Below are positions 8,232 through 17,550 of a stretch of DNA of 64,000 nt, piece after piece. The notes under the pieces are model-generated. The model was not told the DNA's origin, ran no database searches, and saw only the letters and a list, made by a program, of their open reading frames with translations. Both the position numbers and the translations under genes were made by a program. Every line of letters begins with the position of its first letter. Positions within the stretch are counted from its first letter, which is position 1. The stretch comes from Ruminococcus sp. (lineage in GTDB: Bacteria > Bacillota > Clostridia > Oscillospirales > Ruminococcaceae): the NCBI RefSeq assembly GCF_017464355.1, contig NZ_JAFUAG010000023.1:2089-66088 (forward strand), written 5' to 3'.

Positions 8232-8260
8232 TTGAAAATCATCTTTGAATATGTTACAAT
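8232..8260 (+). promoter_or_regulatory. Sigma-A-type promoter upstream of the dockerin remnant
   Basis: TTGAAA (8232-8237), 17 nt, TGtTACAAT (-10 at 8255-8260). Confidence 0.4.
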
Positions 8261-8286
8261 ATAACAAATAATTATTTTACCTAAAT

Positions 8287-8522
8287 ATGAAAAACAGGTT
8301 ACTGCCTGCAATGACAGCCCTTACGCTCTCGCTGTATGCGGCGCCCATGAGCGCGCTGGCGACATCAGCGCCGTCACTTCCCGAGGGCAACACAGCGAGA
8401 CCACCGACGATGAGACCACAAGTGATGAAACTGTCAAGGGAGATATAAACGGCGACGGCGAGGTCGATGTGACCGACCTTATGAAGCTGGCGGCCTGTGT
8501 AAAGGGCATAGAGCCTCTGTGA
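8287..8522 (+). pseudogene. Frameshifted remnant: signal peptide plus a single dockerin type I repeat
   Basis: The frame from ATG 8287 gives MKNRLLPAMTALTLSLYAAPMSALA... and stops at 8446-8448. A second frame gives ...TTDDETTSDETVKGDINGDGEVDVTDLMKLAACVKGIEPL*, ending at 8520-8522 (D-x-N-x-D-G Ca-binding loop). Only one of the usual two dockerin repeats is present, and there is no SD before the ATG. Confidence 0.45.
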
Positions 8523-8896
8523 TAGAGTAACGGCGCAAAATGATCTGCACGGGAGAGAAGACCAACGGGCAGGCAGGGGCTATCCCTGTTTCATAAGGGA
8601 CGAACCCGAACTATTAACAAAAGCATTAGTTTCTTAGCAATGCAGTTCATGACCTGCAGTTGACTGATACACGAAAAGCCCTCGCAGTATGCTGCTGCGG
8701 GGGCTTTCCTGTGAAGTGGGATCTACATAGCCGTCATCGTAGGGCGAAGATGTTTTTCAGAAATATATATTCTCCTCACAATTTTGATGTACCATGACAG
8801 ATCCGGGTTAGATGATAAAGGATCGGATATCACCGATGCACCCGAGCTGCAGCTGTGCTTATCGGTATGATCGGATAAGCGGCAGACTTACTGCTG

Positions 8897-9991
8897 TTAC
8901 AGCCGTATCTTCGCCAGGGCGGCATTTTTATAGTTGGGGTCATCGGTGACTTCCTTTATGACCTTGATGAGATCGGGGAAAGTGATCTCGGCATTCTCGT
9001 CGCTCAGCTCTATCTCGGCAATGGCCTTATCCTGCCAGAAAGGATAGACATCTATCTCATAATAGAGGTCATTTTCCGAAAGGCAGTATCTGGTCTTGCG
9101 TATCTGGCGGCGGGTGGTGTCGGCATCAAGGAATAGGGAAAGGTATTCCTCCTGGGTGAGCCTGCGCTCTATCTCCACACGCTTCATATCGGTCAGGGTC
9201 TTCTTGCTGGTAAGGTAGTAGACGAAGTTGCCGTCAGCGCCCCGCTGGCGCACCCTGACCTCGCTGTCGTCATCTGATTTGAGATAGGTCTGTATTATCT
9301 CGATGCGCGAGCAGTTGGGCAAAGCCTCCAGCATGGCGGTATCGGGGTATTCTATGAGGAACTTGCGCTCTATCTCCAGTGGCTCGGGTTCTCCCAGGAA
9401 AGAGGCTATCTCAGCAATGAGCCTTTGCATTTTCCCCTCAAAATCGGTGGAATTGTCGATGACCCGCAGATGTGGGTGGCCTGTCCAGGCGGCGATGAGC
9501 CTTTCATCGACCTGCCTTGCCTGTTCGGGAGTTTCGCTGCGTGCCTGGTTGTTTGCGAGAGTATAAAAGCTTTCCGCACCTCTGGCAGCTGTCACAAGAT
9601 GGAATACAGCGTCGTAGTTATCACGCAGCTTCACCTCGTTCATGCCCACATGATCCAGCACCTCAGCAAATTCCTCCCCGGTCATATAGGCCTTGTTGTC
9701 AAGGGCGCCCCTGTCGCATACGATAAGGCATTTCTCCCCTGCCATGCCCTCGGCTGCCCTGAGGAAAACCTTTTCCTTGGTCATTTGCAGTTCAAATAGA
9801 CATTTCTGGAAATCCACATTGGCAGCACAGGTCACGGGAGAAACACCGCCGTTTATCAGCTCGCTGGCGGTTTCGGGAATGAACAGCACGGTATATCCCA
9901 GCTTGCTCAGTTCTTTCATTATGCGGCTCATAGCCGTGGACTTGCCGCCGCATGGCCCACCTGTGATGACTATTTTCTTGATGTCTTTCAT
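8897..9991 (-). CDS. P-loop ATPase (AAA_28/NadR-like) fused to a CYTH (triphosphate tunnel metalloenzyme) domain
   Basis: N-terminal Walker A GGPCGGKST. The C-terminal half begins EIERKFLI (the ExExK signature of CYTH). 364 aa. Confidence 0.8.
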   Translation of the reverse strand: MKDIKKIVITGGPCGGKSTAMSRIMKELSKLGYTVLFIPETASELINGGVSPVTCAANVDFQKCLFELQMTKEKVFLRAAEGMAGEKCLIVCDRGALDNKAYMTGEEFAEVLDHVGMNEVKLRDNYDAVFHLVTAARGAESFYTLANNQARSETPEQARQVDERLIAAWTGHPHLRVIDNSTDFEGKMQRLIAEIASFLGEPEPLEIERKFLIEYPDTAMLEALPNCSRIEIIQTYLKSDDDSEVRVRQRGADGNFVYYLTSKKTLTDMKRVEIERRLTQEEYLSLFLDADTTRRQIRKTRYCLSENDLYYEIDVYPFWQDKAIAEIELSDENAEITFPDLIKVIKEVTDDPNYKNAALAKIRL

Positions 9992-10029
9992 ATAAGTCCC
10001 TCTTTCTGATAGGATATTATCGTGTCAGT

Positions 10030-10494
10030 TCAATCAAGGTAAACGACACCGCCTGCGGGGTCGCTGAAAACTTTGATGAATTTCCCGTCCACAAAAGCTG
10101 CCGCCCAGCCAAGCTCCGGATCCCAGGGACAATTGAGAGTCACGAACACGGCCCATGGCACGTTGGAGGACTCGTAGGGACTATCACCAGACTCGCTTTT
10201 TTCATATATGGCATCTTCTTCCGCAGATATGCTCACATCTTTGCCGATATAGTCAAGGAACTCTTCGGGAGAAGAAAACTCAGGCCAGTAGCCCCTGAAC
10301 TCTTCGGGGTCATCGGGCCCCCACTGTTCATACATTACATCATAGTAGTAACGTATAAAAGCTTCAAGCATTTCTTTTTCAAGTTCGGGCGACCATTTTT
10401 CCACGAGCATTTTGCAGTACTCTTCGCCCTCATCTTCTTCGTCCCATGAGGGTTCTATCTCGAACTCCTCGGGGTCAAGCAAACAATTATTCAC
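10030..10494 (-). CDS. Acidic hypothetical protein (154 aa)
   Basis: GTG start behind AAGGAGGA. Very acidic N-terminus. C-terminal CPWDPELGWAAAFVDGKF motif. 38 nt upstream of the ATPase-CYTH gene. Confidence 0.65.
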   Translation of the reverse strand: MNNCLLDPEEFEIEPSWDEEDEGEEYCKMLVEKWSPELEKEMLEAFIRYYYDVMYEQWGPDDPEEFRGYWPEFSSPEEFLDYIGKDVSISAEEDAIYEKSESGDSPYESSNVPWAVFVTLNCPWDPELGWAAAFVDGKFIKVFSDPAGGVVYLD

Positions 10495-10529
10495 TTTTAT
10501 CCTCCTTGTATCTATGCTGATATCTCAGC

Positions 10530-10573
10530 AGAAAGCCATAGTATTTCCGATGATACACCTGAAATACTATGGC
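10530..10573 (-). terminator. Terminator after the EF-G paralog
   Basis: 13-bp stem GCCATAGTATTTC (10535-10547) / GAAATACTATGGC (10561-10573). On the minus strand it is followed by TTTC. Confidence 0.6.
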
Positions 10574-10596
10574 AAAATTATCTGTTTTGAATTATC

Positions 10597-12678
10597 TTAA
10601 TCTGTAACTGCGTTCTTAGCGATAACATCAGCTACCAGGTTAGCAGGCAGGGGCTCATATCTTACCTTCTCGAATGTGAAGGAACCTCTGCCCTGGGTCA
10701 TCTGTCTCAGGGTCAGGGTGAAGTCCTGCATCTCTGCCATGGGAACTTCGGCAACTATCTCAGTAAGGCCGTGCTTGTCGGTGGGGTTCATGCCCAGAAC
10801 TCTGCCGCGGCGCTTGTTCAGCTCGCCCATCATATCACCTGTGTTGTCATCGGGAACGATAACGTTCAGCGCACCGATGGGTTCAAGGAGGATAGGCTCT
10901 GCCTGACGCAGACCTTCCTTATAAGCGATAGATGCTGCCATCTTGAATGCCATTTCAGAGGAGTCAACGGGGTGGTAGGAACCGTCCACCAGTATAGCCT
11001 TAAGGCCAACTACGGGGAAGCCTGCCAACACACCCTTCTTGACGCTTTCCTGCAGACCCTTTTCAACTGCGGGGAAGAAGTTCTTGGGTACAGCACCGCC
11101 GAATACCTTCTCCTCGAATACCAGTTCATCAGATACACAAGGCTCGAACTCTATCCATACATCGCCGTACTGGCCGTGGCCGCCCGACTGCTTCTTGTGT
11201 CTGCCCTGTACCTTTACCTTCTTGCGGATAGTTTCGCGGTAGCTTATCTTAGGTGCTACAACGTCCATATCAACGCCGAAGTCGCTCTTTAATCTGCCCT
11301 GAACGGAATCAAGGTGCAGGCCGCCCAGAGTGGAGAGGATCATCTCATTGGTAGAAGGATCCAGCTCGTAGCTGAGGGTCAGGTCTTCTTCCAGCAGTCT
11401 GCTTATAGCTGCGGAGATCTTGCTCTCGTCGCCCTGCTTGGTTGCCTTTACTGCCATTTTGTAGCAAGGCTTTGGGAACTCGATAGCGGGGAACTTAACA
11501 ACTCTTGAAGCGTCGCAGATAGTATCGTTGGTATTGACATTCATCTTGCTTGCCACAACTATGTCGCCTGCGCCTGCTTCGCTGATATCAAGCTGCTTTT
11601 TGCCCATAAGGCTCATGAGCTTGCCTACCTTTTCAGTGGCGCCTGTGGTAGCATTTACAACCTCCATGTTGGACTTTATAGTGCCTGCGAAGACCTTGAT
11701 GAATGACATCTTGCCTACGAAAGGATCGGCAACGGTCTTGAAAACGAAGGCAGCCAGAGGATCGGTATCTCTGCACTCTACCTCAACGGTATCACCGTTT
11801 GCTGTCTCGCCTACCGTAGCGTCCTTCTCGGAGGGAGGAGGCAGCAGCAGGTCGATCTCCTTGAGCAGCATATCAACACCCGAAAGGTCGGTGGAGGATA
11901 CGCAGGTAACGGGAGTGATGACACCCTCGTTCATGCCCTTGTGGATACCGTCTATCAGTTCCTTCTGTGTGAAGGCTTCACCTGAGAAGAACTTATCCAT
12001 CAGCTCCTCATCGGTCTCGGCAACGGCCTCGGAAACAGCCTCGATCAGACCGTCGATACGGTATTCCATCTTCTCGGATACCTCGGCTGTGGGCATATCG
12101 GTCTCGACAGCCTTGCCGTTTTCGTACTTATAAGCCTTCATCTCGATGAGGTTGATGTAGGAAACTATCTTTCTGTCAGCTATAACGGGAACGACTACGG
12201 GGCAAACCGTGGGGCCGAACTCGGCTTTCAGCTGTGTGAACACGTTATTGAAGTTAGCGTTCTCGTCATCTATCTTGGTGACAACGAACATGGTGGGCTT
12301 GCCGAATTTCTTGGCACACTCGTAAGCCTTATGAGTGCCTACCTTTACGCCCGACTTTGCGGAAACTGTTATCATCACACAGCCGCTGGCATATATGCCC
12401 TCGACCATGCCGCTTTCATAATCGAACAGACCGGGAGTATCGAGCAGGTTGACTTTCAACTCGCCTGTTTCCATAGCGGAAAGCGAAGTATAAACTGAAC
12501 ACTTTCTCTTTATCTCGTCTGCGGTATAGTCCGAAACTGTTGTACCGTCAAGCACCTTGCCGAGTCTGTCAACAGCGCCGCTTTTATATAACAAAGCCTC
12601 TGTCAGTGAGGTCTTACCTGAACCTGCGTGACCTGCAATGGCAATATTTTTGATCTTTGTACTGTCAAACTTTTTCAA
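10597..12678 (-). CDS. Elongation factor G-family translational GTPase (EF-G paralog)
   Basis: 693 aa. G1 AGHAGSGKTS, DTPG, TKID, and EF-G domain IV/V-like C-terminus. The G1 motif differs from canonical FusA (AHIDAGKTT). Confidence 0.85.
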   Translation of the reverse strand: MKKFDSTKIKNIAIAGHAGSGKTSLTEALLYKSGAVDRLGKVLDGTTVSDYTADEIKRKCSVYTSLSAMETGELKVNLLDTPGLFDYESGMVEGIYASGCVMITVSAKSGVKVGTHKAYECAKKFGKPTMFVVTKIDDENANFNNVFTQLKAEFGPTVCPVVVPVIADRKIVSYINLIEMKAYKYENGKAVETDMPTAEVSEKMEYRIDGLIEAVSEAVAETDEELMDKFFSGEAFTQKELIDGIHKGMNEGVITPVTCVSSTDLSGVDMLLKEIDLLLPPPSEKDATVGETANGDTVEVECRDTDPLAAFVFKTVADPFVGKMSFIKVFAGTIKSNMEVVNATTGATEKVGKLMSLMGKKQLDISEAGAGDIVVASKMNVNTNDTICDASRVVKFPAIEFPKPCYKMAVKATKQGDESKISAAISRLLEEDLTLSYELDPSTNEMILSTLGGLHLDSVQGRLKSDFGVDMDVVAPKISYRETIRKKVKVQGRHKKQSGGHGQYGDVWIEFEPCVSDELVFEEKVFGGAVPKNFFPAVEKGLQESVKKGVLAGFPVVGLKAILVDGSYHPVDSSEMAFKMAASIAYKEGLRQAEPILLEPIGALNVIVPDDNTGDMMGELNKRRGRVLGMNPTDKHGLTEIVAEVPMAEMQDFTLTLRQMTQGRGSFTFEKVRYEPLPANLVADVIAKNAVTD

Positions 12679-12928
12679 TGTGATTCGCTCCTATCTGTGA
12701 CTAATGTCTTTAGTATTTACAGCGGGAAAAATCTAAGTGGTGAATATACACAAAAACTCATCACCGCATAACATAATTATATATTATTTCAGCTAAAATA
12801 GCAATAGCAATACCGAAAAAACTTTTCGTGAATATGAACAAAATTTAAAGCGAATATTTTACATATGGATAAAAAAGGGTGCAGATAAGGCAGTTTCAGG
12901 TCGGTTTACGCATATTTTCAGCCCCTGC

Positions 12929-12956
12929 ACAGGCAGATGACCTTGCGCATACAATA
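12929..12956 (+). promoter_or_regulatory. Possible sigma-K-type sporulation promoter for spoVFAB
   Basis: AC (12929-12930), 17 nt, CATACAATA (12948-12956) matches the B. subtilis sigma-K pattern AC-N16/17-CATA---TA. spoVF is sigma-K dependent in Bacillus. Confidence 0.3.
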
Positions 12957-12984
12957 GGATATAAAGTTGACAGGGAGGAGCCTT

Positions 12985-13821
12985 ATGAAAGACAGGATAA
13001 TTCTTTGTGCGGGCGAGGGTGCCAGGTTTAAGTGTATGTGCGAGGGGCTTTGCGGGGCAGGCAGGGTCTTCTGCATGGGGGAGAGGGCTGCGGGGACAGA
13101 GGTCATAGCTTCCCCTGAGGAGATGCCCTTTCCTGCTGATGTGCTGGTACTTCAGATGATGTGCAGAGGCACGGAAGTATGCGGTATGAGCTTTGGTCAG
13201 CTGACGGAAAAACTCAAGCCATCGGGAACAGTGCTGGGGGGCAGGCTTACGGCGGAACAGCGGGAATTCTTTGAGGGCAGAGGGTTTGGCTGTGCGGATT
13301 ATTTCGGCAGTGAGAGCCTTATGATAAAAAACTGCATACCCACAGCTGAGGGCGCGCTGATGATAGCTTTGCGTGAAACAGCGGACACTGTCTTCGGAAG
13401 CAGGGTGCTGATAACGGGCTGGGGCAGGACGGCAAAGTGCTGTGCAAGGCTTTTCAAGGCGGCTGGGGCGACGGTCACGGTGGCCGCACGGAAGCAGTCA
13501 GCCATGGCGGAGGTCTGGGCTGAGGGCATGGCAGGTGTCAGCATTGCTAAGCTCAGTTCTGCGGCAGAAATGTCTGATATCATTATAAACACGGTGCCTG
13601 CGCTTGTGCTGACGGAAGAAGTGCTTGCTTATGTAAAGCCCGATAGCCTGATAATAGATCTGGCCTCCGGTGAAGGCGGCACTGACTTTACCGCCGCAAA
13701 GGTCAAGGGGATAAAGGCGATACTTGCCCCAGGACTTCCCGCTAAGACGGCACCGAGGACAGCGGGGCTGCTTCTGGCGGAGGAGATATGCGGGAAACTG
13801 AGCGAAAGGTCTGAAAAGTAA
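12985..13821 (+). CDS. spoVFA: Dipicolinate synthase subunit A
   Basis: Start at ATG 12985 behind GGGAGGAG. Rossmann motif ITGWGRTAKCCARLFKAAGATVTVAARK. Followed by spoVFB. Confidence 0.85.
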   Translation: MKDRIILCAGEGARFKCMCEGLCGAGRVFCMGERAAGTEVIASPEEMPFPADVLVLQMMCRGTEVCGMSFGQLTEKLKPSGTVLGGRLTAEQREFFEGRGFGCADYFGSESLMIKNCIPTAEGALMIALRETADTVFGSRVLITGWGRTAKCCARLFKAAGATVTVAARKQSAMAEVWAEGMAGVSIAKLSSAAEMSDIIINTVPALVLTEEVLAYVKPDSLIIDLASGEGGTDFTAAKVKGIKAILAPGLPAKTAPRTAGLLLAEEICGKLSERSEK

Positions 13822-13877
13822 TACAACTTGACATTTACGGGCGGCGGGGAGGGGTCATACAGAGAGGAGAGCGAGAT

Positions 13878-14471
13878 GTGCTTAAGGATAACAGTTTACA
13901 GGGTGTCAGGATAGGCTACGGTATGGCGGGGTCTTTCTGCACCTTTGAGAAAAGCTTTATGGCGGCGGAACAGCTGCGGGATATGGGCGCTGAACTTCTG
14001 CCGATAATGTCATTCAATGCGGCGCTGACGGACACCCGTTTCGGGAAAGGAGCCGACCACCGCAAAAGACTTGAAAAGATAACGGGGCGGTCGGTCATTG
14101 ACACCATTGAGGCCGCAGAACCTATCGGTCCTAAGCAGCTTTGCGACATTCTGGTGGTAGCGCCCTGCACGGCGAACACGGCGGCAAAGCTGGCGCTGGG
14201 CATTACCGACACGCCGCTTACCATGGCAGTAAAAAGCCATCTGCGGGGCGGACAGCCTGTGGTCATAGCGCTGGCTACGAATGACGGCCTGGCGGGGTGT
14301 GCAAAAAATCTGGGGGCGCTGGAAAACTATCGTCACTACTATTTTGTCCCCTACCGCCAGGACGACCATGTGAACAAACCTGCCTCGCTGGTGGCAGACT
14401 TCGGGCTTATCCCCCAAGCTATCACGGCGGCGCTGGAAGGCAGGCAGCTGCAGCCCGTGCTTATAGGGTAG
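13878..14471 (+). CDS. spoVFB: Dipicolinate synthase subunit B (flavoprotein)
   Basis: GYGMAGSFCTF ... VAPCTANTAAKLALGITDTP flavoprotein motifs. GTG start as in the ORF track. Confidence 0.88.
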   Translation: MLKDNSLQGVRIGYGMAGSFCTFEKSFMAAEQLRDMGAELLPIMSFNAALTDTRFGKGADHRKRLEKITGRSVIDTIEAAEPIGPKQLCDILVVAPCTANTAAKLALGITDTPLTMAVKSHLRGGQPVVIALATNDGLAGCAKNLGALENYRHYYFVPYRQDDHVNKPASLVADFGLIPQAITAALEGRQLQPVLIG

Positions 14472-14498
14472 AGATTTTGGGGCTGACGGAAAAAAGGC

Positions 14499-14533
14499 AA
14501 AAAAATATCCGTTCCCGAAAAGGAACGGATATC
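14499..14533 (-). terminator. Terminator of the ferredoxin gene (also closes spoVFB)
   Basis: ATATCCGTTCC (14505-14515) / GGAACGGATAT (14522-14532). On the minus strand it is followed by TTTTTTT. Confidence 0.7.
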
Positions 14534-14545
14534 TTACCTCTTAAA

Positions 14546-14716
14546 TTATTCAGCCTGAGGAGCGCCAACAGGACATACACCTGCGCAAGCACCGCAATCC
14601 AGGCAAGCAGAAGCGTCGATAACGCACTTGCCGTCAGCCTCAGAGATAGCGCCTACAGGGCACTCAGCTGCACACGCACCGCAACCGATGCACTCTTCAT
14701 TGATCTTATAAGCCAT
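14546..14716 (-). CDS. 2x[4Fe-4S] ferredoxin (56 aa)
   Basis: Hand translation: MAYKINEECIGCGACAAECPVGAISEADGKCVIDASACLDCGACAGVCPVGAPQAE. AGGAGG lies 8 nt upstream. Below the ORF-track cutoff. Confidence 0.9.
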   Translation of the reverse strand: MAYKINEECIGCGACAAECPVGAISEADGKCVIDASACLDCGACAGVCPVGAPQAE

Positions 14717-15063
14717 AGTATTGTACCTCCTTGTAAGTTAGGTCAGAGGTTCTGCGCGCCCTCACGCGCTTCCTCTTACATTTATTATAATATCACATTT
14801 TCACAAATAGTCAAGGCTTTTTATGAAAATTTAATGAAAAATTAATAAACGATTAGTTAAGACTAACCAATTCAATAGTAAGTTACAACTAACGCAACTT
14901 TTCAGCAGGGTACGCTTTTTCCGTAAAATAGGGGAAATGGCGCTGATAGGCGGGTACAGCAGCTTTGCAAATTGAGTTTAGTTAACTTTTTCAGGTCGCT
15001 GTTTTCGGGAAGAAACAGAGCTTTCGGAAGAAATAAGTTTACTTTAGTTAACATTTATACTAT

Positions 15064-15096
15064 AAAAAACGTGGGCAGACGGGATATCTGCCCACG
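15064..15096 (-). terminator. Terminator after the ACT-domain gene
   Basis: CGTGGGCAG (15070-15078) / CTGCCCACG (15088-15096). On the minus strand it is followed by TTTTTT. Confidence 0.7.
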
Positions 15097-15107
15097 ATCA
15101 CTATATA

Positions 15108-15542
15108 TCAGAATTTTGCCAGTTCATCAGCAGCAAGAAGTCTGTAGCCCGCATCGGTCAGGGCTTCGATAGCGTTCTCATTGCTGTCAACACGGAGGAT
15201 AAGGCAGGCTGTTACCTCAGAGGGGTTCAGGAAAGCTGAATACATATACTCAACACTGATGTTTGCCTTGTAGAGGGTCTTCATGATAGCTGCCATTCCG
15301 CCGGGCTTATCATCGGCGGTAACTGCGATGACGTTAGTTACCTTTACCAGATAATCTGCTGCCTTAAGGCACTCGATAGCCTTGTCGGTGTCATCGACTA
15401 TCAGGCGCAGTATGCCGAAATCGCTGCTGTCGGCGGTGGTGATAGCACGGATATTGATGTTGCCGTCTTTCAGGGTATGGGTAACATCTGAAAGTCTGCC
15501 GGGCTTGTTTTCTACAAATATTGATAACTGCTTTATTGTCAT
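15108..15542 (-). CDS. ACT domain-containing protein
   Basis: MTIKQLSIFVENKPGRLSDV ... tandem ACT-like halves. This is the usual partner of phenylacetate-CoA ligase. ATG 15542 preferred over the TTG in the ORF track. Confidence 0.8.
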   Translation of the reverse strand: MTIKQLSIFVENKPGRLSDVTHTLKDGNINIRAITTADSSDFGILRLIVDDTDKAIECLKAADYLVKVTNVIAVTADDKPGGMAAIMKTLYKANISVEYMYSAFLNPSEVTACLILRVDSNENAIEALTDAGYRLLAADELAKF

Positions 15543-15568
15543 GTTCTTACCTTCTTTCAATAGATGAT

Positions 15569-16075
15569 TTACTGATCCGCTGTGAACAGCACCCAGAGGT
15601 CGTTCAGTGCGGCATTTTTCCAGAAGCTTATGCTGTCACGTAGATATTCAAGGGTATACTGAAAGTCTTCTTCATTTTTGAACTCACCGTACTCCTCATC
15701 GGGTATGGCTTCATAGCGCTTTCTGATATCTTCATCGGAAAGGCCTTTGAGGGCACGGAAGACTTCTTTTACCTGCATGGGGGATTTTGCTGTGATGATA
15801 TAGTCATCTTCGCCAGCGGCGGGATAGATGACTTCCCCGCCCAGTATGGCAAGGGCTGTCCCCTTATCTGCCCCTAAGGACAGGGTGCCGTCTGAAAGCA
15901 GGCGATGCATGGCGTCCCAGGACTTATCAAGCTCACAGGTACGCTCGGGGAAATTATCAAAAAGCTCCTCCTCTATCTCCTCGGCCACGAAGTCGGGGCG
16001 ATCATCTGCGGGGGTATTGCGAAGCTTGCGCACCACAGGAAAGTCCACTGCAAAAAGCACACCCAGACAACTCAT
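15569..16075 (-). CDS. YfbM/DUF1877-like protein
   Basis: 168 aa. The LDKSWDAMHRLL region resembles E. coli YfbM IDKRWDFLHFGL. Overlaps the paaK stop by 4 nt. Confidence 0.5.
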   Translation of the reverse strand: MSCLGVLFAVDFPVVRKLRNTPADDRPDFVAEEIEEELFDNFPERTCELDKSWDAMHRLLSDGTLSLGADKGTALAILGGEVIYPAAGEDDYIITAKSPMQVKEVFRALKGLSDEDIRKRYEAIPDEEYGEFKNEEDFQYTLEYLRDSISFWKNAALNDLWVLFTADQ

Positions 16076-17385
16076 ACCAGCTTCCTCTTATCGATGACTC
16101 TTACAGCCTTGCCCTCGGAACGGGGGATGCTCTTGGGTTCAACCAGGGTTATCTTGGCCTTTATGCCCAGTATCTGCACGATGTCTGCGCTGAGTTTCTT
16201 TTCAAGGGCGGATACGGACTTGATAGTATCGCCGAACATCTCATCGGAAAGCTCTACCTTTATCTCGAAGGTATCCACGTTGCCAACTCTGTCAACGACT
16301 ATCTGGTAGTTAGGTGTAGCATTGAAGTCCTTCAGCAGAACAGTTTCGATCTGTGAGGGGAATACGTTGACACCCTTGATTATGAGCATATCATCGCTTC
16401 TGCCCATGGGCTTGCACATCTTGACGAGAGTTCTGCCGCAGGAACACTTGCCCCTGGTAAGTATGCAGATATCTCTGGTGCGGTATCTCAGCAGAGGGAA
16501 AGCCTCCTTGGTGATACTGGTGAATACCAGTTCGCCCTTTGAGCCCTCGGGAAGTACCTCGCCTGTATCGGGGTCGATTATCTCGGCGATGAAGTTATCT
16601 TCGTTGATGTGCATACCTGTCTGCTCTTCGCACTCAAAAGCCACACCGGGGCCTGAGGTCTCGGTAAGACCATAGATATCGTAGGCCTTGATACCAAGGG
16701 ACTTCTCTATCTCATGGCGCATTTCCTCTGTCCAGGGTTCAGCGCCGAAGATACCTGCCTTGAGGTCGATATCGTCAGCCGACAGCCCCATTTCCTGCAG
16801 GGTCTCGCCTATGTATGCAGCATAGGAGGGTGTGCAGCAGAGGATAGTGCTGTGCATATCCTGCATGAACTGTATCTGTCTTTCGGTATTGCCCGAAGAC
16901 ATGGGCAGTGTAAGACATCCCACCTTATGGGAACCGCCGTGGAGACCTGCGCCGCCTGTGAACAGACCATAGCCGTAAGCCACCTGCAGTACATCGTCCC
17001 TGGTGCCGCCTGCTGCGGTGATAGCACGAGCCACGCAGTCTTCCCACATATCAACGTCATTCTGGGTATAGAAAGCTATTACCCTCTTGCCTGTGGTGCC
17101 GCTGGTAGACTGTATGCGAACGCACTCAGACTTTGGAACAGCCAGCATACCGTCGGGGTAATTTTCCCTGAGGTCTGCCTTCGAGATGAAGGGCAGCTTG
17201 TGCAGGTCTTCGATACCCTTGATATCATCGGGGGTAACACCTTTCTTTTCCATGAGTCCGCGGTAGTAGGGCACGTTATCCCAGACGTGCTTCACCTGCT
17301 TGACGAGTCGCTCACTCTGGAGGGCTCTCATTTTGTCCTGCTCCATAGTTTCGATCTCTTTGTTCCAATAGATCTTTTCAGCCAT
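16072..17385 (-). CDS. paaK: Phenylacetate--CoA ligase
   Basis: 437 aa. Adenylate-forming motifs QSTSGTTGK and YGLTE. Genomic context with iorAB and an ACT protein. Confidence 0.9.
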   Translation of the reverse strand: MAEKIYWNKEIETMEQDKMRALQSERLVKQVKHVWDNVPYYRGLMEKKGVTPDDIKGIEDLHKLPFISKADLRENYPDGMLAVPKSECVRIQSTSGTTGKRVIAFYTQNDVDMWEDCVARAITAAGGTRDDVLQVAYGYGLFTGGAGLHGGSHKVGCLTLPMSSGNTERQIQFMQDMHSTILCCTPSYAAYIGETLQEMGLSADDIDLKAGIFGAEPWTEEMRHEIEKSLGIKAYDIYGLTETSGPGVAFECEEQTGMHINEDNFIAEIIDPDTGEVLPEGSKGELVFTSITKEAFPLLRYRTRDICILTRGKCSCGRTLVKMCKPMGRSDDMLIIKGVNVFPSQIETVLLKDFNATPNYQIVVDRVGNVDTFEIKVELSDEMFGDTIKSVSALEKKLSADIVQILGIKAKITLVEPKSIPRSEGKAVRVIDKRKLV

Positions 17386-17550
17386 TGGTCTTCAACTCCT
17401 TCTAAAGTATTTTTTAGGCGGGCGACCGCCATCGGTTTACTGAAATTTACTTTTATTTCCTTTATTATCCTGATGATTTAAATTATTAAATCGTTCAGCC
17501 CATAAACAGCCGCCCTCCCCTGTCGGGGAAAGCGCTGTATATTATCGTTA

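Noticed and set aside
8523-8896. ~370-nt GC-rich, hairpin-rich spacer, examined as a possible riboswitch or small RNA.
   Set aside because: I could not match it to any riboswitch or RNA family consensus I know. The hairpins (8676-8705, 8861-8885 and others) are consistent with terminators and decayed coding sequence after the CYTH gene and the dockerin remnant. A cmscan would be needed to say more.
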